Below the pieces are notes generated by a model that did no database searches, was not told the origin of the DNA, and saw only the letters and a list, made by a program, of their open reading frames with translations. From the NCBI RefSeq assembly GCF_001194135.2, contig NC_068983.1:79452057-79516056 (forward strand): DNA of 64,000 bases, in the 5' to 3' direction. The position numbers and the translations under genes are program-made. Source of the stretch: Octopus bimaculoides (Eukaryota). The first letter of the stretch is position 1. The number at the start of each line of letters is the position of its first letter. Below are positions 1 through 13,495 of this stretch, in pieces.

Positions 1-2
1 TT

Positions 3-80
3 AATAGAATGAGATAAAAATCCAAGGCTGTGAAAGATTTCAGAGCATTTCACAGCCTTGGATTTTATCTCATTCTGTTA
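3..80. repeat. Short near-perfect inverted repeat (hairpin), about 33-bp arms with a 12-nt loop
   Basis: aatagaatgagataaaaatccaaggctgtgaaa (3-35) is the near reverse complement of tttcacagccttggattttatctcattctgtta (48-80). It may continue left of the window. Confidence 0.85.
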
Positions 81-306
81 TTTTTTATATATACACATGC
101 TGATATATGACCTACATTGGACTCCTCATTCACATAATCACTGAACCTGGAGCTTAGCTATAGTCTGTCCATAGCACTTACTCAGCATTACCTGATACTT
201 TTGGGTCTTCTTGACATCATTACCTCTCATAAGCTATATGTACATATATATATACGCACACACACACATGCATGCATTAAAAAACACACATATACAAAGC
301 AGACTG

Positions 307-643
307 CAAATGTGGTTTAAAATTTACTACAGCTGTTTGTGTAGAATTTTTTTGATGTATTCATAAATTACATCATTGCATAAACCCACCATCTTTAGGT
401 GAAATTTGTTTTAACTGATATAAACAAGTAACATAAAACCATCATGATGACCTATCCAACAAACAATGTGATGAATAAGACTTATTCAATAAGTTGTTCG
501 TTGGCTAGGCTATCATCAAGGTTTTACCTTGCCTGCTTATACTTGTTTAAAATTCTACCTGAAGATGGTGGATTTATATTATGATGTAATCTATGAATAC
601 ATCAATAAAATTCTACTAAGACAGCTGTAGTAAACCCCATTTG
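307..643. mobile_element. About 335-bp imperfect palindrome, probably Penelope-like-element derived, with a degenerate hammerhead-like core
   Basis: Centre tgaataag-a-cttattca at about 480. The arms align along their length (e.g. ccaccatctttaggt at left versus acctgaagatggtgg at right). The right arm has CTGAAGA (559-565), a hairpin and GAATAC. Confidence 0.6.
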
Positions 644-872
644 TGGTCCTCTCTATCTATGCCACTCTTGGAACCAACCTTGAGTCAGATCTACAGTTTA
701 AATTGGATTTGGTACTTGCATATCAACATATCTGCAGTATACTACCAACATATAATACCTCGTGGTTGTTTTACCTCACCGTGAACCCAATATTATGGTA
801 CCTAGCAATTCTATATGTTGATACTCCTAGATTCTAATAACTCTTGTAATTAATAAATATATGCATATATAT

Positions 873-1218
873 AAGCGTGAATGGCTCAGTGGTTAGAGCA
901 TCAGGCTCACAATAATGAGATAGTGAGTTTGATTCCAAAATTGGGTTGTGTGTTGTGTTCTTCAGCAAGACACTTTATTTCACATTGCTCCAGTTCACGC
1001 AGCTGTAGAAATGAGTTGCGGTGTCGCTGGTGCAAAGATGTATCGGCATTTGCCTTTCCCTTGGATAATATCGGTGACATGCAGAGGGGAGTCTGATATG
1101 CATGGGTGACCACTGGTCTTCCATAAACAACCTTGACCAAACTTGTTCCTTGGAGGGGAACTTTCTAGGTGCAATCCCATAGTCATTCATCGCCAAAAGG
1201 GGCATTTATCCATTACCC

Positions 1219-1221
<3 letters not shown>
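873..1221 (+). mobile_element. tRNA-derived SINE, family A
   Basis: A box-like tggctcagtggttagagc and degenerate B box gagtttgattcc, then the conserved core gtgttcttcagcaagacactttatttcac. Same sequence family at 29335-29673 (-) and 61098-61420 (+). Confidence 0.85.
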
Positions 1222-1273
<52 letters not shown>

Positions 1274-1476
1274 GTAGGGCTACTCAAGCTTCACCTTTCT
1301 GCTTTTTAAAGTTGTATGATTGTTACCAAAATATAATTCAATACACATAATTCTCCTAATCACCTCGCAAACAGAATGGTGAATTTCAGAGTAGCACCAG
1401 AGTGAAATATTACCTTTGAATAAATGTATAAACTCTCCAACATATATCAGGTAACTTCAAATATGTGTTCATGCAT

Positions 1477-1548
<72 letters not shown>
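1222..1548. repeat. Two (CA)n microsatellites (1222-1272, about 1478-1548)
   Basis: Direct reading of the sequence. Confidence 0.95.
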
Positions 1549-1551
<3 letters not shown>

Positions 1552-2786
1552 TGAAGATGACACTGACTGTAAAAGGGGTTAAAGAAATTAGATATTTTGT
1601 GGTAAAATAAAAGTACTTTAATATTTGGTAAATTAGATTTTTGTGTTCCAATATATTCAAGAATAAATTATTGTTATTTGTATTATTTTTTCTCTACTAC
1701 TCCATTAAAAGTATACACAATGCATTTCATTTCATATTTAAATGCTTTCAAGTATCTCAGCATATTTCTCCATTACCTTTTTTATGTGAAATTTTAAAAA
1801 TAATTTTAGTATCATAAATGAAAAGAGGACTAATGAAGACCAGGACAGTTTCTGTTGCACTGTTGGAGGGCAATAACAGTTGGTTTATAAATATATGGGT
1901 TATGTGCACATTATTGTGTGACAGTGTCAATAGGAAAAAAAAATCTTCTTGTCTTGCATTAAACTATCGTGTAAAATTACAAAGATCATGTAAACTGTGT
2001 ACAATGTAACACTTTAAACTTTTATGTAAAAATTACTATAATTTAGTCTGTTTTGCAATATTTACTGATTTTTACTGAGCTTTTATTCAATGCTACACAA
2101 TAGATTTCTCTATTCCTTAAAAGCATGATGGCTTTTTTTAAACATTTTTGTCCATTATCGTTCCTTTCATATTAATAGATCTTAAAAATGTTATTTTGCT
2201 CTTAAATTCAGAGTATTTTTTTAAAGAAGCTGCTGGAAACTTTTTTTTTTTTTAGGTTTATAATTTGTTTGTAAATAAAGGGTATATTTTACTGGGATTT
2301 TTATTGTAGATTTTTTCTTATAAAGAAGGACAAATTAAGATTACCTATTTTCTTCATTTATCAGTACTGAGCGATTTAAAATTTCTTTGAAAATTGAAAA
2401 TTTTAAAATTCAAACCCTTCCACTAATTTTATTGAATTTTTAGGCAAGGTACTTTACTGACTATTCCTTGGCACCAGTCCTTCTTTGTGATGCATTAGTT
2501 AAAATTAGAAAAATAATCAAGCTATAAAATATGTGTTCAGACTTTTAATACAACCATTTAAATTTATAAGCTACATAATTAATATTAGCAGGGGAAAATA
2601 AGATGAAAAATAAAGGCAACATAATATTATTCTTATTCCTTAATAATATTTTACATAATTGAGTAAAATAATTCACATTAAACTTTATAGTTTCATATTT
2701 ATTTAGAAAGTAATATGATTATGCAGAATAATGATAAATCTGACTAGAATACATAAACCAAATTACACTCATGCATGCACGCATGT

Positions 2787-2789
<3 letters not shown>

Positions 2790-2862
<73 letters not shown>

Positions 2863-2878
2863 ACACACACACACACAC
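2790..2878. repeat. (CA)n microsatellite
   Basis: Direct reading of the sequence. Confidence 0.95.
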
Positions 2879-3569
2879 AAGTTTACATTTAATATTCTTT
2901 TTCTCATTTTCTCCAGTATTGACCAGGTATTGTTGACTCTCTTAGGAAATTTACTAAATATTTAACCAATGCTTAACTATCCGGTCATTTTCTACTTTTA
3001 GCTCATGCATTAATTAATCTTACTTTAGATGTTCATAGATTGCTATTAATTGAGAGGTTTCATGCCACAGTTTAGTTATATTTAAGAGATTTAATAGGGA
3101 TTCCTCTTATGTAATTACAACTAATATTGATGAAGTTAATGTTGACAGTTCCCTATTTTCACATGAATTTTTGTTCTAATGTAGTTATTGTTTGTTTTCA
3201 TAAATGAAATTTAATGAAAATATTTCAATTAGTAACTAATTAATGACATCTTAATAGATGATTCACAAATTTATAAAGACTGTAGTAAATTTTATGTTCA
3301 TCTAGCAAAAACAAAAATTCAAAAATGAATAAAGAAAAATAAAGGTGCATAGTGTTATCATTGTCATTGTTGTGATATCTTTTTGTGCTTCCATGTTAGC
3401 ATGATTTAAAGTGAATCTGATGGATCACATTATTGTTCAGCTAGTGCAGAACTGTGATGAAACTAACTGAAATCCAGATAGTATTTTTTTATTATTGTAG
3501 AGGTGAAATTAATGATTTCAGTGTGTAAAGACCATTTTTGCCAACTTCAAAAGCTAGTGAATAGCGGGG

Positions 3570-3940
3570 TGAATTCCATGCATTTGTCATTATAATGTGT
3601 GCCTTTCAAACTGTTAACTGGCACTTCATCAGTTATGATGATGAGGCTTCCAGTTAATCTAATCAACAGAACAACCTGCTTGTGAAATTAACATGCAAGT
3701 GGCTGAGCACTCTCCAGATATCCTTACCATTAATGTGGTTCTCAAGGAGATTCAGTGTGACACAGAACATGACAATGTTGGTCCTTTGACTTACAGGTAC
3801 AACTAATTTTTGCCAGCTGAGTAGACCAATGCAATGTGAAATAAAGTGTCTTGCTCAAGGACACAACACACTTGATTTTCAAACTTGTGACCTTACAATC
3901 ATGAGACAAATACCTTAACAACTTAGCCACACACCTTCAA
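3570..3940 (-). mobile_element. tRNA-derived SINE, family D
   Basis: Minus strand begins aaggtgtgtggctaagttgttaagg and contains gtgtccttgagcaagacactttatttcac. A related copy is at 54740-54965 (-). Confidence 0.75.
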
Positions 3941-4959
3941 ACTATTAGGATTCAGAAATATCACTGTTTCAACAATGGTGTAATCAATTAAGAAAATATT
4001 ATCTTTCAGTTTCATGCACCAGGCACACAACTATTAGAGTTCATTCAAATCCTTGTAGTTTGCTCCATGCCAGGAGCACAAATAAGCAAACTACTAGAAA
4101 ATATTGAAATTTGATACATAATTTATCCTTTTTTCAAGCTTTTGCAGCCCTAAGCTAGCTGATGCTTTGTGAATGGGATTAGAAAATGGAAATTCTATGG
4201 AAACCCATCATGCACGTGGCAAGAGTTGCATGAATGTTGTCATTTCTGCTTCTTACCTGAGATCAAAATCGGTGATGTCATGTTGGCATTAATCTCCTAA
4301 TATAATAATGAATGTGGTGTTTTTATATATTTGAATGTATATATATATATTTGTTCAAAATCACCTAGGTGGGAGTAGGAGAAAGAGTAATATAAGTGAA
4401 GGGCGAGGAGAGAAAATAATAATTCAGTGAAGGAGAAGTAATGAGAGTGATAGTCATGACTGAGAGGGAGTGAGAGAAAGAAATAGCAATGAGAGAGAGG
4501 AAGTGGCAAAGAGTGTGTCATGTATCTTGTGTTTTTCTCCTTCACAAAATATGAATGAGAAAGGAGAGGGTGATAGATGAATAATGAAGGAAGGGGGGAA
4601 AAAAAATCAGCGTTTCAACTCTGTGAATATATGTGCATGTATGTAAAAGGAAGGTAAGTGAATATTTGTGTGGGTGTGCAATGGAAGTGGGATGGTGAAC
4701 ATTCAATGCTGAAAAGAAAAATCAAACAGCATTTCAACTCTGTGTGAGTATATGTATGTGTATGTGTACAAGGGAAATATGTGAATGTTTGTATCTGTAA
4801 TTATTATGTACCTTATTTATATATAAAATACTACAATTAGCTGTCATTTTTGATGGCACGGGGTCAGCTAGTTTTTGAATAATACATATTGTAACTCAGT
4901 AATTATGATGTCTAGTAGATTAAAAAATCATGTACTTGAAAAACAGATAAAGATTGGTA

Positions 4960-5240
4960 ACAAGAAGGGCATCTAGTCATAAAATATTGTCTTGAAAAAG
5001 TGCCCATTCAAAGCATGGCAGCCTGGAAAATCATGATCCACATCATTTTAATGTCAATTTTTCCATGTTTGCATGGGTCAGATGGAGTTTGAGGCAGATT
5101 TTCAACAGCCATATACCTTTACTGTTATCGGCCCCAAACTGATGCCATGCAAAGTGATATTTCCGAACGGCCAGATCTGCTTTCACAGAATACTGGAAAT
5201 GAATGCCATTGCTTGGATGACATTGACACCCATTTACAGC
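4960..5240. mobile_element. Two RTE-LINE-type 3' tail fragments in tail-to-tail orientation
   Basis: aagaagggcatctagtcataaaa...gcatggcagcctggaaaatcatgat on +, followed by catcattttaatgtcaatttttccatgtttgcatgggtcagatgg, which is the reverse complement of the same tail type. Confidence 0.5.
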
Positions 5241-5297
5241 TATCAAGCAATATTGAGAGAGAGAGAGAGAGAGAGACACTCTCAGGCACACACTCCC

Positions 5298-5389
5298 NNN
5301 NNNNNNNNNNNNNNNNNNNNNNNNNNNNNNNNNNNNNNNNNNNNNNNNNNNNNNNNNNNNNNNNNNNNNNNNNNNNNNNNNNNNNNNNN
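5298..5389. other. Assembly gap (N run) next to CT-rich low complexity
   Basis: N bases. Confidence 1.
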
Positions 5390-5524
5390 CCTCCCCCCTC
5401 TTTCTCCTCTCTTTCTCCTCTCTTTCTCCCCCTCTCTCTTTCTCTCCCCCTCTCTTTCTCTCTCCCCTTTCTCTTCTCCCCCCTCTCTCTTACCTTTCAG
5501 TTTCTTACCAAATCCAATTGCAAT

Positions 5525-5610
5525 GCTTTGGCCTGCCCAGGATTATGGTAGGGGATTCTTGCCAAAGGTGCAGCATTGTGGGACTGAACCAGAAACCATG
5601 TGGCTGTGAA
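5525..5610 (-). mobile_element. SINE family B head fragment
   Basis: Reverse complement of ...cacatggtttctggttcagtcccacaatgctgcacctttggcaag; matches the head at 13298. Confidence 0.65.
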
Positions 5611-6754
5611 GCAAAATGACATTAAGGCATGAATGAACTCTAAAATGGATGGATTTTATATCATTGAACCAGAGAGCAGTTTCAAGTGGGTTGGTATCCA
5701 ATGGGTTTTCACATACAATTAATTATAGGCAAAGACATTAATGTGAAACCAATAGTTATTATGACCCAGATATTCCTATTAAGTTTCACAGATTTAGTTA
5801 GAAAATTTCTTTAGAGTGTTATCAGATATTTCATAATCTCTTTGATATTTCTTTACACGATCTTACAGTTTATCTCAGAACATAAATTCTCATTCTTTCT
5901 CTATTCATTAAACTCAATGACATTTATCCTAAAAGAGAGATATCAGAACAACAGAGATACATTTGCTTAGAGTTCAAAGAAAAATTTATAAAAAAAGAAA
6001 TTAATTTGTCATTATTCTCCTGTGATAAATGATATCTTGATTTAGAAGCATTTATGTCAATAATATCCATTGAGAATAAAATTGTTTCATCTGGATTTAT
6101 TCATTGAATTTTTATGAGGCATCTGCATTTATTACAAATATGTATACTTGAATCCTTGTGATTGGGAATTTGTGTATGTGTGTTTTGTGCATATGTGTGT
6201 GTGAATGTGTGCATATGTCTGTATGTGTGTTTGAATTTTAAAAATAAGTATTCAATACCAAAACAGAGTGTAATTCTTCATTACAGTACTGATTAATCTC
6301 TCTTACTATTCAAAGTTTCTGGAAGCCTTGCTAGTCATGCAATAAAAGGCTGGATTATAAAGTATGATAAATAATCTAGATATGGGTGGCATCTGTGCAA
6401 GTATAAAGAGGATAGTCATTATGAAAAATAATCAAGAAAAATTATTATTAAACAAAAAATGTCTGTTATTTCCAGCAACAAAATTGATGAAGATGAAAAA
6501 AGAATACAAAAACCATAAGTAAAGAAATGAATAAAATTACAAAGCACAAATGCATAAAGTCATCACATGAATATGAATATACTCATATATATACATATAT
6601 ACATCCAAGAGTTAGGGGATGGCTACATATGTTTCATAGCAAGTAAAACCTCAGAAGTAGTTTATTCACACACTCAGTAACCCTGACTGCCAATTGTGAA
6701 ATGTAAAATAATCTTTTGCAGTTTATTATACTTCAGTACTGGAAAAATTCAAAA

Positions 6755-6826
6755 CCTTCCACACCGGTGGCGCTCCAGCATGACCGCAGCCACTTGGCTG
6801 AAACGCATAAATAAATAAATAAATAA
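6755..6826 (+). mobile_element. Isolated young SINE/LINE 3' tail ending in (AAAT)n
   Basis: ggtggcgctccagcatgaccgcagccacttggctgaaacgcat followed by aaataaataaataaataaa. It resembles the family B tail and has retained its CpGs. Confidence 0.6.
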
Positions 6827-7330
6827 ACCTCTGTTGTTCCTGAAAGTTGCTTTTTGTATATTTTCTACAGATTACTTGAAGCTCACTTTCTTCTTACACC
6901 TTTATCCTTGGATCTTACATTTATCTACCTATCTGTCTGCATAGAAAAAGTGGATGTGAGAGTGACAGTGCTGATAAAATATTTCTTATATCATGAATTG
7001 TCTTATTGCATACTGCAGCTGTAGTCTTGATTAGAAAACAGAATGTTTACACTGTCTAACCATAATGATTTTGTTCATTGGCTGTTAATATATATTTTAA
7101 TTTAAAATGGTTGCTATTGTTCATTAAAAGTTCTAACAAATTTGAATTGCAATTAAATAAAGGTGATCAATATGTGAAGGTTAATTTTTTTTTAAGATTA
7201 TTAAAATTTTCTAATATAATGTATGTACATACATTATATAATATACTTACATATTGTAATTATTTAGATGTGTTGATATGAATATGAGTATATTTCTATA
7301 TGGCAATGTGTAGAGTTATATACACACCTT

Positions 7331-7365
<35 letters not shown>

Positions 7366-7519
7366 CACATGTGCATAATATTTTGAAGAAGATATCCAAT
7401 GATTGTATAAAAAATACAAAATTGCTTGGTCTAATCCAAACTGCATATTGGATGCATGTTTTTAAAAGGATCTGAAAAGATGGATTGTGATCGTTTATTG
7501 AGAGGGAAAAGGGTGTGTG

Positions 7520-7630
<111 letters not shown>

Positions 7631-8115
7631 ACACAGAACATACTTCAGAGTACCTAAAAAATTGTACAATGTATATTAGTCCACTGTTATTTATTTGAAA
7701 GTATTCATTGTGGAGATCGGTGGTAGTTGAAAAACATCTTAATTTTCTTTATGTAAACAAAACAGTTATTTATATTACATCCCAATAACCTATTATGATA
7801 CATCCAAAAAAAAGCACACACATGTTCTTGTCTCTGTGTGGGGGTTTCCACCCTTAAACTGCATTATATCATAGATGCTTTTGCATGTCACCAACTTTAT
7901 GTATTTAAATACTTACTACAATAAACATACACTTCTTTAAAAGGTTCCGAAGAAACTTTTTGATGTTACACATGCACTCAGCTCTAAATGCTATGCTTCT
8001 TGCAGCAAAAAAAAACAGCTGTAAGCTAATGAAAGTGATTATGTAGCTCCTTTTTTTTTTACATTTATTAATTAATATATACATACATGTATGCATGTAC
8101 ACACATGCACACATA

Positions 8116-8344
8116 TATAACTCTTTAGCATTCAGATTATTCTGTAAAATGTAATGCTTGTTTATATACATTGTTTTGAATTTTTCATGCAATATCTTGT
8201 AGCTTAAAGATTTCAATGACGTGGTTGTTTATTTTTACAATGACATTGTTGGGTAGGTGTGAGATGCTGGATCTGACCAGTTTGAATATAAAAGAAGCAG
8301 AATATTTTGACTGGATATGTCTGGTTTAAATGCTAAAGGGATAA
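8116..8344. mobile_element. piggyBac-like MITE (family 1)
   Basis: Ends taactctttagcatt and aatgctaaagggataa resemble TTAA-CCCTTTAGCATT terminal inverted repeats. The reverse complement aligns along its length with 61710-61926. Confidence 0.7.
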
Positions 8345-8544
8345 ATATATGTATACATATATGTGTATACATGTGTATGTATATATATCTGTATAAATAT
8401 ATCTATGTATACATATATTTGTACAATCATATACAAATATATGTATAAATAAATAAATGGAGTTAAACCATTTTACTTGTTTCATATTTTTGCTACCCTG
8501 GTAACTATCTACTATTTTTTCCATGTTAATTGTTAACAAGGGAA

Positions 8545-8593
8545 AAATACGCACATCTATATATATATATACAAATATATGTATGTATGTATG

Positions 8594-8658
<65 letters not shown>
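8545..8658. repeat. (TA)n/(TATG)n tract running into poly(T)
   Basis: Direct reading of the sequence. Confidence 0.95.
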
Positions 8659-8661
<3 letters not shown>

Positions 8662-11144
8662 GTATATATTTGTGTCATATATTTTTTAAAGATAATTTTA
8701 CTAGGACTATATTTTCTGAATGCATTCTTCTTTGTCCATGTAGCTGCCCACTCTTTGGGTGATTTCCCAAATGTTGCAAACACAGTTTATAATATAAGAT
8801 AAATGTGGTTTGAGAGTAAAAAAAAAAAAAAAAGTCATTAAAAGTTATTTCATTGAATATTTGTATAATTGTGAGATACCTGAGAACCAAGTCTACTATT
8901 AGACTTATAGAATTTAGTTTCAGAGCATAATATTAATGAGAACAAATATCCACACACTTTTGCATGCTTCCACACATGATCACACATACACACACACACA
9001 TTTTTATAAAAGCCTGCTTACAATTTATGTTTCATGAAATTTCTTATTGTATTTTATGAATGCTTCTTTAGCTATAAGCTGTTTCTGCTGCAAATTAGTA
9101 ACAAGAAGGCTGAGATAACTGGAAAATACATTCTTTACACAGCAGAATTGGGAGTATTCATTTTACAAATGAGAATCTGTAAGAATAGTAATTTTGTCCG
9201 GTTACATTAATAAAGTTCAGAAAGTTTAAGAACTTGAGTTGTTAGATTAACTACAGGCAAGTAGTAGTTAATGATTGAACTCCGGGTGCTTACTATTTGG
9301 CTAGCTGACAGCATAACTGAGGAAACTAGCTGACTGACTGGAACTTACCTATTGGCTAAGAACTGTACTGGCTAGTAAGATTGCTTAATTTTTATAGCAT
9401 GTGGATATGTATGAGTGTAAACATGTGTTGAGAACAATTTCTGCAGGTTGTTGTTGTGCATTAGCCAGCAAATTAGTGCTAGAGCTTCTGACCTTTTAAC
9501 TATATTCTATTCACAGATTTTCATTGTCTTTATTGAAAGGAATAAGGATGGTTCTTGCAGAATGCTTGGATGGTTTCTTTGAAAGGCTTGACAGTGAGGT
9601 ATTCTGTTGACCTTAGGAATGTTTACAAGAGGCTTGGTCTTAATGAGATTTGTTGAGTCTATTGCTTTTGAAGGACTCAATGCTAATGGATTTGTTAAAT
9701 TTAGATTTGAATTTCTCAACCATGTTGCTACTCATCTATTATATCATTCATGTGTGATTTTTCATTTTGACTATCAGATAATTTATTTAGTATTATAACT
9801 TACAAGGATATTGATGTAGAAGTTCTATTGTCAATAAACTCCCCATATTAAGTTATGAACATACATGAAGATATAACCTCCATACTTCTAAGAATTACTA
9901 ATTTTAATAAGAGTTTAAGGCAGGATGCTCATTCATGAAATAATGAAGTTTCATTCTTCTGATTTACAAAGTTGATTACAATGGAAGCTGAAAATACTGA
10001 TACTCAATGAAGATAAACTTAAATGGTATGAAATGCTAAATTAGCTTCTTCAGGTTTGTAAAAAGGGATTATTAATGACTTACAAATTGATATTGGAATG
10101 TCATTAATTTCCTGTTCAGACTTCTTGTAAAATAAAATCAGGATTAATGTTAAGTTTATATTTTGGATCAATAATTTCTACTGGGAAATAGTGGCAGAAT
10201 TGAAATATCAAGAATTTTTCCTGACTATATGTTTTTATGGAATGTTAAGAACTAGAATTCAAAGAAAGCATATGTAAACTAAGTTAGTGACATGGATATA
10301 ATAGAAGTGAAATCATTGATAACAGCTTTGCCAATGAAGAGTTTTCTCTGCAAACATCATTTAATATATTTCTATCAAACATTAGTTGCTGTATCCTTAA
10401 TCACAGTATTCATATACTCTATATATTGTATTTTTCATCAAAGTGTAAACAGTAACTATATGAATACTATCCCCTTCTTGATATCTAAATAAAGTAAGTC
10501 TGCTTATTTGGACTTCTAAATAAAGATTGGTAAGCATTGTCAGCATTTATTGTGTATTTAGTAATGGCTATTGTCAAAAGCCTTTTATAGAAACAAATGC
10601 ACATTTATCTATGAACCTTTGGATGTAAGAATCCTGTTAGAAATATGTTAAAATATTGACAGGAATAATAGATATGGACATGAATATACTTTCCTTTATG
10701 TTTTGAATAATTTTTACTAAATCACTGTGCTGTATAATCTGTGCATAAGATTCATTGCTAAGAAAATATTAGTTTCTTCAATCTGTACATATCTCAGTAG
10801 TCACAACAACATCAACAACCATAAAATTAGAACTTGATATTTCTTTGTCAACAAGTCACTGATCTTGGCTTCTATGTCTATGAATACAGAATTATTTGAA
10901 GCAGAACATTACTGTTTTTGGTACAAATTTTCTCAGTAGACTAAAATGCATAAAGTAGTTGTAACTTCTTAGCTACATAGCCATTAAATATTTTTGGAAG
11001 CAATAGTAACAGCTATGAGATGATATCTGGCATTAAATAAAAGTTAAGAATAATGTTTGAAATGTTCTTGTTTATTCTCAAAATGCTTGATAGACTGCAG
11101 TTAAGTAAACTTTGAGATTGTGACTTAAAAAAACAAACAACTAT

Positions 11145-11530
11145 AGGTGCAGTGGTGGGGGATGAAAAGTTTGCTTCCAAAGCTCATGGTTCCAGGTTCA
11201 ATCCAACTGCATGACACCTTGTGCTGATATCTCTTATTATGGCCATGGGATGACCAAAGCCTTGTGAGTGGATATGCTAGATGGAAAGTGAAAGAAGTCC
11301 ATCATATGTGTATATGTTTGTTTGTCGCCTATCATTGCTTGACAACAGGTGTTGGTTTGTTTAGGTCTCTAACTTAGCAATTTGGCCTAAGAGACTGATA
11401 GAATACATACCAGGCCTAAAAAGAAAATAAGTACTCAGGTCATTTTGTTCAACTAAAACCCTTCAAGGCACGACCCCCATCCCCTCCCCACAATGTCTCA
11501 GTACAATGATCAAAACAAGTAAAAGATAAA
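11145..11530 (+). mobile_element. tRNA-derived SINE, family B (degenerate)
   Basis: Colinear with 13298-13710: head with ggttccaggttcaatcc, body gtgagtggat...gaaagtgaaagaagtcc, tail aagtaaaagataaa. Confidence 0.75.
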
Positions 11531-11612
11531 TGATATCAGAAACATTTAAACAGAGAATATTTTAAGTATGATGAGAAGTTGTAAAAATTTATGATTTAAT
11601 TAATGAACTGTT

Positions 11613-12889
11613 TAACAGGCAGAGTAAAAAGGAATCAATGGTTTGAAACATGAAATTCATCACAATATATTGCAACAATGCAGAAATTTTATTTCTCAAA
11701 GTAAGTACCATTACAATCAACACATTTCTGCCAACAAGTAACAAGTTTGTTTATTCTGGTAACATAAAAATCTGGAGTCCTGGAGCTGCTGAACTCGTTG
11801 AATGCAGTTTCAGCATCAGTTTGATTTTTGAACTCCTTCTCTTGCAAGAAACCATGAAGGTGCTTGAAAAAGTGGTAGTCAGTAAGAAAGGTCTGGGGAA
11901 TAAGGTGGATGGAAAGGAACTTCATATCCAAGTTCCCTCAACTTCTGAAGCATTATTAGTAAAATGGGTGGTCAAGCGTTGTCATGATAAATAATTGGCC
12001 CTCTTCTGTTGACCAGTCTGCAACGGAGGAGTAGCAGTTTTTTGTTAATTCTAGCAATTTCATGGCAATATATTTCTACAGTAATGGTTTTTCCAGGTTT
12101 TAAGAAGTTATAGTAGATAAGTCCAGCAGTACACCACCAAACAATCACCATAACCTTCTTTTTGAAGAGCTCGGGTTTAGGGAAGGTTTTCAGTGCTTCA
12201 ATTTGGTCCAACCACTGCAAAGAACGTTTTTTTATTATTGCACAGAATCCACTTTTCATCACAAGTTACAATACAATCGAGAAATGGGTTGGTCTGGTTA
12301 TGGAGAAGAGACAAGCAAATTTCATACCTGCACATTTTCTGATTTTCATTCAAATAATGTGGTACCCATTTGTCAAGTTTTTTGATTTTGTGATCACATG
12401 CAAATGGTTGCAGGCAGTTTTCTGGCTAACTTGAAGTTCTTTAGTCAGTTCTTGAGTGGTTTTATGTGGATCTTTCTCAATGATTGTCTTAATTGACTGT
12501 CATCGATGACAGATGGGGATCCACTATGCTCATGATCTTCACTGTGAAATCGTTTAAACCATTTTCAAGCTGACCACTCACTCATCATTTCCTCATGAAA
12601 CGTTTCGTTGGTATTGTGAGCTGGTATTTCAACTGCTTTACGTCCTTTTTTTTTGAAGTTGAATAGGAAAATTGCTCAAATATCACACTTTGACAGTTCC
12701 ATCTCAGATGATTGTAACAGTGGTGAAAAAAATATCAATGTTAATTTATTGATGCATTTGGGCAAGTCTATGTTTGCATTATCAGACAATTGCAAAAAAA
12801 GAATGTTTTAAAAAATTCAAAACTCTGCCAAAATCTGGTACAAATTCTTCATGGTTCAAAACGTTGCTTATTTTTTACTCAGCCTGATA
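11613..12889 (-). mobile_element. Full-length degenerate mariner DNA transposon (about 1.28 kb)
   Basis: Imperfect terminal inverted repeats: aacaggcagagtaaaaaggaatcaatggtttgaaacatgaa at left and ttcatggttcaaaacgttgcttattttttactcagcctgata at right. Transposase remnants lie between them. Confidence 0.9.
11689..12702 (-). pseudogene. Mariner transposase pseudogene (D,D34D type) with stops and frameshifts
   Basis: Frame-spliced translation gives MELSKCDI..., KWVPHYL (WVPHEL motif), IVTCDEKW, KVMVIVWW, HDNA, PPYSPDL-TDYHFF and WQKCVDCNGTYF. Confidence 0.9.
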
Positions 12890-13297
12890 GATGATGAGAA
12901 ATTAAGATTCTTAGTTAACATGCTATTTCAATTTATAAGCTATTTAAGTTGTTATATAAAAATATTAACATAACATTCTACCAAAGAATAAGATATATAT
13001 TACTATATCTTTATGAAAAGTGTAATCTCTAGAAAGTAATTTTGAGTTAATTATCTTCACTGTTTCTCATCAAAATTACTCCATTCTGATATTTTTACTT
13101 TGTTGCTTTTTGTACATTTTCCCTCTTCAGCTAGTTTGCCTGTTATTAAATTTTTTGAAATATTAACTTTCTTTTAAGCAAGTTAAGTATTTAAGTCATT
13201 TGTTAACTTGAATAATATCATTTTTCTTCCTTGATAAATATATTTTGAATTTTTCTGCTAAAACATTATTAAAGTTATTAAACTTTTGCATATTACT

Positions 13298-13460
13298 AGG
13301 TGCAGGTGTGGGTGTGTGGTAAGAAGCTTAATTGCCAACCACATGGTTCCGGGTTCAGTCCCACTGCATAGCACTTTGGGCGTCTTCTACTATAACCTCA
13401 GGCTACCAAAGTGTCATGAGTGGATTTGGTAGACATAAACTGAAAGAAACCCATTGTGTG

Positions 13461-13495
<35 letters not shown>

